Source of the DNA: Pseudomonadota bacterium
GTDB taxonomy: Bacteria; Pseudomonadota; Alphaproteobacteria; Rhizobiales; Devosiaceae
Assembly: GCA_023427545.1 (NCBI GenBank)
Contig: JAEZBF010000239.1
Span: 1 to 32,899 of the forward strand
Direction: 5' to 3'
DNA length: 32,899 nucleotides
Within the stretch, counting starts at the first letter, position 1. Each line of letters starts with the position of its first letter. A model generated the notes under the pieces. The model did no database searches. It was not told the DNA's origin and worked only from the letters and a program-made list of their open reading frames with translations. Both the position numbers and the translations under genes were made by a program. This document shows positions 25,974-32,899 of the stretch, piece after piece.

Positions 25974-27347
25974 GTGAAGACTACAATCGCAGAGCCCAGC
26001 CGTGAGGTTGCCGTCGAAGGCGAGTACGACATCATCGTCTGTGGCGGTGGCCCCGCCGGGCTCATGGCCGCGGTTGCCGCGGCCCGAAATGGCGCGAAGA
26101 CCCTGCTCATCGAGCGCTACGGCTTCGTCGGCGGCATGGCGACGGCCGCACTCGTCACGCCAATCAGCGAATTCCGCCATTTCGGCAAGCAGCACATCGG
26201 GGGTTTTCCGTTCGAACTGATGCAGCGGGCGACCGAACTGGGTGGCGCGAGCGTCACGCGCGAGAGCGGCAACTTCCCTGTGAACGACGAAATCCTCAAG
26301 CTCGCCGCCCAGCGCATGCTCCTCGAGGCCGGCGTGACGCTGCTCTACCACACCTGGTTTGCCGACTGCGTAACGGAAGATGGCCGGGTCACCCACGTTA
26401 TCGTTCAGAACAAGGCCGGTCGCATCGCCTACAAGGCGAAAGCTTTCATCGATTGCACCGGCGATGCTGACTTGGTGCGGGCAGCCGGCCTGCCCACGCT
26501 CAAGGGCGATGTCCTCCAGCCCGCGACGCTATGGTTCCAGCTGGGCGGGGTCGACACTGACGCCCTCGGGTACCTCTTCGGCGATGCCAAGGACGGCATG
26601 CTGCCCGTATCAGGCAAGATTCGTGGCCGGCTGCTCGAGTTGAACGCCGCTGGCGAAATCCCAATCTTCGGCGGCCCCTGGATCAATCACTTCTGGCACG
26701 ACGGCATGGTCAGCATAAACCTGCTGCGCGAGGCCACCGACGCGAGCGACCCGGTCTGGTTCACCCGCACCGAATGCAGTCTGCGCGAGAAGATGCACCA
26801 GTTCATCGAGGTGCTGCGCCGCGAGTTCATCGAGTTCAAGGATTGCTGGCTGGCCAAGTCCGGTATTCAGACCGGCGTGCGAGAGTCCTATCACATCGTC
26901 GGTCTCTACAGGCTGCGCAAGGAGGACATCCTCGTTCCCAAGGCTTTTCCCGATACGATTGCCAAGGGCGCGCACGTCATCGACATCCATTCCTCCAGCA
27001 GCAACGAGCAGGATGGCCTCGTCGTGCCGCGGCAGGAATACAACGTGCCACTGCGCTGCCTCATCCCGCAGGGCAGCCAGAACCTGATCATCGCCGGCCG
27101 CTGCATCAGCGCCGATGGGCCGGGGTTCGGCTCGGTCCGCGTCATGGCGACCTGCATGGCGATGGGTCAGGGCGCCGGCACGGCCGCCGCCCTCAGCCTC
27201 AAGCATGGCTGCTCGATGCCCGAGATCGACTTCGGTGTGCTGCGCGAAACGCTGATCGCGCAGGGTGCCGTTGTCGACTACGATAATGTGGTTGCACCCA
27301 AGCCCGCCCTGGAAGTCACCGTCTACCCCTCCGCCGTTCCCGCTTGA
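25974..27347 (+). CDS. FAD-dependent oxidoreductase (FAD_oxidored / GidA-like dinucleotide-binding family)
   Basis: Dinucleotide-binding motif YDIIVCGGGPAGLMAAVAAARNGAKTLLIER. The start is uncertain. The track uses the TTG at 25905. The GTG at 25974 (MKTTIAEPS...) leaves the candidate operator upstream. Confidence 0.8.
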   Translation: MKTTIAEPSREVAVEGEYDIIVCGGGPAGLMAAVAAARNGAKTLLIERYGFVGGMATAALVTPISEFRHFGKQHIGGFPFELMQRATELGGASVTRESGNFPVNDEILKLAAQRMLLEAGVTLLYHTWFADCVTEDGRVTHVIVQNKAGRIAYKAKAFIDCTGDADLVRAAGLPTLKGDVLQPATLWFQLGGVDTDALGYLFGDAKDGMLPVSGKIRGRLLELNAAGEIPIFGGPWINHFWHDGMVSINLLREATDASDPVWFTRTECSLREKMHQFIEVLRREFIEFKDCWLAKSGIQTGVRESYHIVGLYRLRKEDILVPKAFPDTIAKGAHVIDIHSSSSNEQDGLVVPRQEYNVPLRCLIPQGSQNLIIAGRCISADGPGFGSVRVMATCMAMGQGAGTAAALSLKHGCSMPEIDFGVLRETLIAQGAVVDYDNVVAPKPALEVTVYPSAVPA

Positions 27348-27397
27348 TCTCGCAAGGCGGGCACACTGCCAGCCTTGCACGGAAGCATGAGACGACC

Positions 27398-28213
27398 ATG
27401 TTTCGCATCGTACAGATCTCCGACACGCACATCGGACCCGAACGGCCGCTCTTCCATCGCAACTGGCCGGCGCTCGTGGACTGGTTGACGGCGCAGCAGC
27501 CCGACCTCATCGTCCATTGCGGCGACGTCACGCTCGATGGCGCCGATCTCGACGACGACTTCGCATTCTGCCGCGAGCTCCTCGCGACCCTGCCGGTTCC
27601 GTGGCTCAGCCTCCCGGGAAACCACGATGTCGGCGTGCCTGCGAGCACCGGGCGTCAGCCCGTCAACGCCGAGCGCCTGGCGCGCTGGCAGCGTTATTTC
27701 GGCGCCGATCACTGGGTGAAGGACCTCGCCGACTGGCGCCTCATCGGCTTCAACTCGATGATCATGGGCAGCGGCCTGCCCGAAGAAGACGCGCAATACC
27801 AGTGGATCGAGGAGGTCACAGCCGGCGCCGGCGGACGTCGCATCGCCTGGTTTTGCCACCAGCCACTGTTCATCCACACCTACGCCGACCCGGACAACGG
27901 TTACTGGTCGGTGGCGCCCGAACCGCGCTTGCGCCTGGAAGCACTCGCGCGCCGCTTCGATATCGGTCTCGTCTCCAGTGGCCACCTGCACATCTCCCGC
28001 CATTTCACCCTGGGCGACACGCAGTACCTCTGGTGTCCCTCGAGTGCCTTCACCGTGGGTGACAGCCAACCGCCGTACCCGGGCGACAAATACCTCGGCG
28101 CCGCGATCTGCGACTTCGTCAGCAGCGAGGTAACGGTCCGGAGCGTGCAGCTCCCCACGCTTATCCCGGCGGTGATCGAGGAGGTCGGACCGCAGGTGTA
28201 CCCGCGTCCATGA
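27398..28213 (+). CDS. Metallophosphoesterase (calcineurin-like)
   Basis: Motifs ISDTHIG, HCGDVTLDG, LPGNHDVG and SGHLH. The ATG at 27398 has GGAAG upstream. The track's TTG at 27344 is an alternative start. Confidence 0.85.
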   Translation: MFRIVQISDTHIGPERPLFHRNWPALVDWLTAQQPDLIVHCGDVTLDGADLDDDFAFCRELLATLPVPWLSLPGNHDVGVPASTGRQPVNAERLARWQRYFGADHWVKDLADWRLIGFNSMIMGSGLPEEDAQYQWIEEVTAGAGGRRIAWFCHQPLFIHTYADPDNGYWSVAPEPRLRLEALARRFDIGLVSSGHLHISRHFTLGDTQYLWCPSSAFTVGDSQPPYPGDKYLGAAICDFVSSEVTVRSVQLPTLIPAVIEEVGPQVYPRP

Positions 28214-29046
28214 TGGAGCCGCTGCCGCGCCTCATTGCTTCGCTCGACGAGGTTGTGCCCAACTATGACGCCGTCTTCTGCGATGTCTGGGGTGTGGTGC
28301 ACGACGGCATCGCCAAGTTCCCGGCTGCCGAAACGGCACTGACTAGCGTACGGGCCTCCGGCCGCAAGTCGGTGCTGGTGACCAATTCACCGCGGCGCGC
28401 CCAAAGCGTTACCGAGTTCCTCGACCAGATCGGCGTTAGCCGCGAGGCGTACGATTTCATCGCCACCTCGGGCGATGTGACGCGCGCCCTGATCTCCGCC
28501 GCCCCACGCCAGGTCCTCCACATCGGTCTTGATGCCCATCTCGCAATGTTCGAAGACCTTGGCATCGAACGGGTCGACGAAGATCGAGCCGAAGCCATCA
28601 TTGTCACGGGCCTTCGCGGCGGCGAGGACGACACCCCGGAGGCCTACGCCGGGTTGCTGCGGCGGCTGGCGGCCCGCGATCTGCTCATGATCTGCGCCAA
28701 CCCCGACGTGATTGCGCCCAAGGGCGACCGCATGGTCTGGGGCGCCGGCGCGCTGGCCCGCGACTATGCGGCGCTGGGCGGCCGCACGCAGCTTGCGGGC
28801 AAGCCGTTCGCGTCGATCTACGACCACGCCCGCGCCCTCATAGGCGGCATCGACAGGTCCCGCATCCTCGCGATTGGCGATGGTCTCGGCACCGACATCA
28901 AGGGTGCCAACGACTACGGCCTCGACGCCCTGCTGATCCTCAACGGCATCCACGCCGCAACGATCGGCACCACGGTCGAGGAGATTGCCGCCAACCTCGG
29001 CAACGAAGGCCGAACCGCCAGGTACGTCATGCCGGACCTCCGCTGA
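28210..29046 (+). CDS. HAD-superfamily hydrolase, subfamily IIA (TIGR01459-like)
   Basis: The start overlaps the upstream stop (ATGA). Motifs: FCDVWGVVHDG, LVTNSPR, GKP and AIGDGLGTDIKGA. Confidence 0.85.
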   Translation: MMEPLPRLIASLDEVVPNYDAVFCDVWGVVHDGIAKFPAAETALTSVRASGRKSVLVTNSPRRAQSVTEFLDQIGVSREAYDFIATSGDVTRALISAAPRQVLHIGLDAHLAMFEDLGIERVDEDRAEAIIVTGLRGGEDDTPEAYAGLLRRLAARDLLMICANPDVIAPKGDRMVWGAGALARDYAALGGRTQLAGKPFASIYDHARALIGGIDRSRILAIGDGLGTDIKGANDYGLDALLILNGIHAATIGTTVEEIAANLGNEGRTARYVMPDLR

Positions 29047-29060
29047 ACGGAGCAACCTCA

Positions 29061-29837
29061 CTAGTCTTCAACGGCCGCGCCATCCATCCCGCCCTGCGCC
29101 GACAGCGTCGAAACGAACCGCTTGGTGCGATCCCGCTTAGGTGCGCCGAACACCTGCCGCGCGTCACCGCACTCGACGATCTCGCCGCGATCGAGGAACG
29201 CCACCTCGTCGGCGATCGTCGCCGCCAACCGCAGGTCGTGCGTCGCCATCAGCATCGTCGTACCCTCGCGCGCGAGCTGGGCCAGCACCTCGACCACTTC
29301 GATGGCGAGTTCGGGATCGAGCGCCGACGTCGGCTCGTCGCAGAGCAGCACCTTGGGCGAATGGGCGAGCGCCCGCGTGATCGCCACCCGCTGCTGCTGG
29401 CCGCCAGACAGGTTCGCCGGCCAGCTCTCCGCCTTGGGCGACATGCCGACCTTGGCAAGCAGCTCGAGCGCCCGCTCGTGCGCCTTCTCCTTGGACCAGC
29501 GCTGCACCGTGACCAGCCCCTCCATGACGTTCTCGACCGCGGTCAGATGTGGAAAGAGCTGGAAGTTCTGGAAGATCATGCCCGTCTTGCGCCGCACCTG
29601 CAGCACCGCCGCGCGGTCGATCCGGCCCGATGGCGTGAACACGATCTCAGCCTCGTCGATCCGCACCCGGCCCGACTGCGGGATCTCCAGCAGGTTGACG
29701 CAGCGCAGCAGGGTACTCTTGCCGCTGCCTGATGGGCCGATCAGCGCAGTGACGCCGCCCTCGCGCACGGCAAGGCTCACGCTCCTGAGGACGTGGAGCT
29801 CGCCGAAGTGCTTGTCGATGTTCTCGAGCGCGATCAT
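29061..29837 (-). CDS. Polar amino-acid ABC transporter ATP-binding protein (YecC/TcyN-like)
   Basis: 258 aa from the ATG at 29837, which overlaps the permease stop (ATGA). Motifs GPSGSGKST, LSGGQQQRVAITRA and LLCDEPTSALD. The upstream part of track ORF 29061-30551 overlaps the permease out of frame. Confidence 0.92.
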   Translation of the reverse strand: MIALENIDKHFGELHVLRSVSLAVREGGVTALIGPSGSGKSTLLRCVNLLEIPQSGRVRIDEAEIVFTPSGRIDRAAVLQVRRKTGMIFQNFQLFPHLTAVENVMEGLVTVQRWSKEKAHERALELLAKVGMSPKAESWPANLSGGQQQRVAITRALAHSPKVLLCDEPTSALDPELAIEVVEVLAQLAREGTTMLMATHDLRLAATIADEVAFLDRGEIVECGDARQVFGAPKRDRTKRFVSTLSAQGGMDGAAVED

Positions 29838-30514
29838 GAGCCGCCCTCGATGAAACCGCCGTATCGCGACAGCCGCCGTTCGAGCCGCGCCTGCAGGCTC
29901 GACAGTGCCGAGCTGACCACCAGGTAGATCAGCGCCACCTCGACATAGAGGATCAGCGGCTCGTAGGTCGTGGCGACGATGCGCTGCCCCGCCCGGAACA
30001 GCTCCGGCACCGTGATGGCGGCGGCGAGCGATGTGTCTTTCACCAGCGAGATGAAGGTGTTTGAGAGCGGCGGCACCGCCACCCGGCTCGCCTGCGGCAG
30101 GATGGTCCGCCGCATCGCCTGTGGCCACGTCATGCCGATCGAGTAGGCGGCTTCCCATTGCCCCTTGGGCACCGAGGCCAGCACCGCCCGAATGATCTCG
30201 GACGTATAGGCGCCGACGTTGAGCGTGAAGCCGATCAGCGCCGCCGGGAAGGCGTCGAGCACGATCCCGACGCTGGGCAGCCCGTAAAAGATCAGGAACA
30301 GCTGCACCAGCAGCGGCGTGCCGCGGATGATCCAGACGTAGAACCGCACGACCGCCGCAATCGGCGCGGTTCCGAACAGCCGAGCGAGAGCCGCAAGGAA
30401 CCCGACGGCCAACCCGAAGGCGAAAGAGAGCAGCGTCAGCGGAATGGTGAAGAGGATGCACGCCCAGAGCAGGGACGGCACCGACTGAATCATCAGAGAA
30501 AGCCAGTGCGGCAT
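29834..30514 (-). CDS. Polar amino-acid ABC transporter permease (His/Glu/Gln/Arg/opine family, YecS/TcyL-like)
   Basis: 226 aa. It has the TM pattern of this family and the conserved loop QWEAAYSIGMTWPQAMRRTILPQA. Confidence 0.9.
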   Translation of the reverse strand: MPHWLSLMIQSVPSLLWACILFTIPLTLLSFAFGLAVGFLAALARLFGTAPIAAVVRFYVWIIRGTPLLVQLFLIFYGLPSVGIVLDAFPAALIGFTLNVGAYTSEIIRAVLASVPKGQWEAAYSIGMTWPQAMRRTILPQASRVAVPPLSNTFISLVKDTSLAAAITVPELFRAGQRIVATTYEPLILYVEVALIYLVVSSALSSLQARLERRLSRYGGFIEGGS

Positions 30515-30579
30515 CCGGGCAAGCTCGTTCGCGAAGGTGGACCGGCCGCACTCGGGTGCCCGGTCCTTCTTCGCCTAAC

Positions 30580-31350
30580 TTACTGCGAAACGTCCTCGCC
30601 GAAATACTTCTGCGAGATCATTGCATAGGTGCCGTCGGCCTTGATCGCCGCCAGCGCGTCGTTGATCGCCGCCACCAGCTCGGGCTTGCCCTTGGCGAGC
30701 AGCACGCCCGAGTAATCGGCGTCCGGCTGGGTTGCCGCGATCTTCAGCTGCGCGTCCGGCTGCTGCTTTTTGAAATCGAAGAACGAGAGGCTGTCGTTGA
30801 TGGTCGCGTCGGCTCGTCCCTGCAGCACCAGCGCGACCGACTGGTCGAACCCTTCGGTCGGCACCAGCTCGGCGCCATATTGCTGCGCGAGCTTGCCGAA
30901 GTTGCTCGTGAGGGTCTGGGCCGCCTTCTTGCCGGCGAGATCCTCGAACTTGGTGATCGAGGTATTGTCCGCCTTCACCACCAGGGCGGCCTTGGAAGCG
31001 ATGTAGGGTTCGGAGAAGTCGTACTTGGCCTTGCGCTCGTCGTTGATGCCGACCTGGTTGATGACCACGTCGTAGCGGTTGGCGTCGATACCGGCGATCA
31101 GCCCGTCCCACGGACCCTCGACGAACTGCGCCTCCACACCGATGCGCTTGGCGATCTCACGGCCGATCTCGACGTCGAAGCCAACGAGCGCGCCGCTCGG
31201 GTCATGGAAGGTGAAGGGGGCGTAGGTGCCCTCGGTGCCGATTCTCAGCGCGCCGGCCTGCTTGACCTGGTCGAGCGCGGACTGCGCGAAGGCGGGGGAC
31301 ACGAGTGCGGCGAGCGCGGCGAGCGCAACAAGCGATTTCCTGAAGTTCAT
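30580..31350 (-). CDS. Amino-acid ABC transporter substrate-binding protein, cystine-binding FliY/TcyJ-like
   Basis: Signal peptide MNFRKSLVALAALAALVSPAFAQS. The blocks LRIGTEGTYAPFTF and DVVINQVGINDERKAKYDFSEPY closely resemble my memory of E. coli FliY (VVINQVTISDERKKKYDFSTPY). Confidence 0.85.
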   Translation of the reverse strand: MNFRKSLVALAALAALVSPAFAQSALDQVKQAGALRIGTEGTYAPFTFHDPSGALVGFDVEIGREIAKRIGVEAQFVEGPWDGLIAGIDANRYDVVINQVGINDERKAKYDFSEPYIASKAALVVKADNTSITKFEDLAGKKAAQTLTSNFGKLAQQYGAELVPTEGFDQSVALVLQGRADATINDSLSFFDFKKQQPDAQLKIAATQPDADYSGVLLAKGKPELVAAINDALAAIKADGTYAMISQKYFGEDVSQ

Positions 31351-31544
31351 GGCGATCTCCTTGACGGCCTGATTGCGGGCCGTTCGTGGCGCGGAACCTA
31401 TGCCCGGACACGGCGGATTTCATCCACCTGGTAGAATGTTTTTCTCCGCGCCCTCCGCCGGTAACGTGATGCTCCGGCCGCAGTTCCGCATGAGCAAAGG
31501 TTCACCTCCCGCCCTCCTCTCGGGCAATGGCGCTCCACCGCCCG

Positions 31545-32744
31545 CTAGTCGAAGAAGTCCGCGTCTTCTTCGGAAAGGTATTGCTTTGCGGCTTCCGGGA
31601 TCAGCTCGACGCCCAAGCCAGGCCGGTCGGGCACATCGATCATGCCGTTCCTGACCGGCATGCCGTCGAACCCCTCGGTGATTTCGTACCAGAACGGCTC
31701 GAACCGGGCGGGGTACTCGAAAGCGATGAAGTTGTCCGGCACCGTCGCGCAGACCTGGATCAGCGCCGCTAGCCCGAAGATCCCGTTTGCGGTGCCGTGC
31801 GGCGCCATGCCGATGCCGTGCAGGTCGGCGAACTCGGCGATCCACTTGAGCTCGGCGATGCCGCCGACATCGCAGGGGTCGGGGCCGACGATGTTGACCG
31901 CGTGGGTCTCGATCAGCGCCTTGTAGTTCTGCCGCAGGTAGATCTGTTCGCCGGTGTGGATCGGCGTCGTCGTATGGTAGGTCACCTCGCGATAAACGTC
32001 GGGCAGCACGTAGGGCACGTAGTCGCCCGTGATCATGTCCTCGACCCAGAGCAGGTGGAGGTGCTCGACGGCGCGGGCAAAACGCAGCGCGTCATGGGCG
32101 AGGAATCCCGGTCCGGCATCGAGCGCCATGCCGTAGGCGGGACCCAGCGCCTCCTTGGCGGCGGTGACGCACTCGAGCAGGTGGTTGAACCCGTTCTCGC
32201 TCATCAGGCCTTTGTGCGGGTAGGGGAACGGCGCATCGTGCTGCAACGCGCCGTAGTGGAAGTCCGGATAGTCCTTGACCATCGACGAGTGGAACGCCGT
32301 CGGCAGCTTGAACATCGTGAAGCCGCCCTCGAGTGCCTTCCCGTACTCGGCCCACTTCACGTAGTCCTCGGGCGTGTGCTTGGCGCCGACCTCGTGCTGG
32401 TAGAGCGTGCGATAGGTGCGGACCTGGTCGCGCACCTTGCCCCCGAGCAGCCGGTAGACCGGCAGGTTGGCCGCCTTGCCCGCGATGTCCCAGAGCGCCA
32501 TCTCGATCGCGCTGACTGCCGCGCCCCAGGGCTTGAACCCGCCGCGCACCCGGATGCGCTTGACCACGCGCTCGACGTTGACCGGGTCCTCCCCCACCAG
32601 CCACGACTTGAGCTGCAGCACGATCGGCTGCAGGTAGGGCTTGGGCGTCTCGATCTGGCTCCAGCCGGTGATGCCCTCGTCGGTGGTGATGCGGATCACC
32701 GGGCTGCTCGCGATGACCGCACATTTGACGTCAGTGATCTTCAA
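31545..32744 (-). CDS. Enolase-superfamily (mandelate racemase/muconate lactonizing) acid-sugar dehydratase-like protein
   Basis: 399 aa. N-terminal capping domain MKITDVK...GITGWSQIE. Contains SAIEMALWDIAGKAANLPVYRLLGG, and the barrel acidic ligands occur in contexts such as LWVEDM and HTGEQ. Confidence 0.88.
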   Translation of the reverse strand: MKITDVKCAVIASSPVIRITTDEGITGWSQIETPKPYLQPIVLQLKSWLVGEDPVNVERVVKRIRVRGGFKPWGAAVSAIEMALWDIAGKAANLPVYRLLGGKVRDQVRTYRTLYQHEVGAKHTPEDYVKWAEYGKALEGGFTMFKLPTAFHSSMVKDYPDFHYGALQHDAPFPYPHKGLMSENGFNHLLECVTAAKEALGPAYGMALDAGPGFLAHDALRFARAVEHLHLLWVEDMITGDYVPYVLPDVYREVTYHTTTPIHTGEQIYLRQNYKALIETHAVNIVGPDPCDVGGIAELKWIAEFADLHGIGMAPHGTANGIFGLAALIQVCATVPDNFIAFEYPARFEPFWYEITEGFDGMPVRNGMIDVPDRPGLGVELIPEAAKQYLSEEDADFFD

Positions 32745-32811
32745 CGGGTCCCCCTCAACTTGAGCTCGATTGAACGTCTATAACCTTGGCCGTGCGGCTC
32801 CAAGAGCCGCA

Positions 32812-32898
32812 TCAGCTCGTGGCGGCGCGACGCACCGCCAATCCGCTCCAGCCGGAAAATGACGCTGGCCCGCCGAGCTCCTCCTCGATGCGGATGAG
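32812..32898 (-). CDS. 3' end of an unidentified CDS truncated by the window edge
   Basis: Minus-strand frame gives LIRIEEELGGPASFSGWSGLAVRRAATS* with GC-rich third positions and TGA at 32812-32814. It is followed by the perfect hairpin GCGGCTC-caa-GAGCCGC (32794-32810). It is too short to name. Confidence 0.3.
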   Translation of the reverse strand, partial: LIRIEEELGGPASFSGWSGLAVRRAATS

Positions 32899-32899
32899 C

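Noticed and set aside
29838-30551. N-terminal extension of the amino-acid ABC ATPase ORF (track ORF 29061-30551)
   Set aside because: It overlaps the permease gene out of frame. The ATPase N-terminus MIALENIDKHFG is canonical, and its ATG overlaps the permease stop (ATGA).

Overview
High-GC window with dense, mostly operonic coding. It is probably alphaproteobacterial: it has a SAM-II riboswitch, a long-form dCTP deaminase and a TIGR01459-like HAD-IIA gene. Positions 1-5634 are housekeeping or envelope genes. They comprise an RND-permease 3' end, metZ behind a SAM-II leader, dcd, an orphan ACP + KAS pair, a WecB/TagA-type glycosyltransferase and tRNA-Gly(CCC). From 5724 to the end the window is a carbohydrate or organic-acid catabolic locus. 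It holds three regulators (RpiR, IclR, LacI) and two paralogous CUT1-type sugar ABC transporters, of which only the first has an ATPase. It also holds several oxidoreductases, an HpcH-type aldolase, an enolase-superfamily dehydratase, four phosphohydrolases of four different superfamilies, and a cystine-type amino-acid ABC transporter. The most interesting signal is a two-gene module I cannot assign to any characterised family: a protein of about 290 aa followed by a translationally coupled protein of about 110 aa. It occurs twice (8087-9293 minus strand, 16835-18027 plus strand). Each copy is the first pair of genes in an operon that continues into small-molecule redox or aldolase enzymes. 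No CRISPR array, transposase, integrase or rRNA was seen. Many long ORFs in the six-frame track are antisense or out-of-frame shadows typical of high-GC DNA and were rejected.
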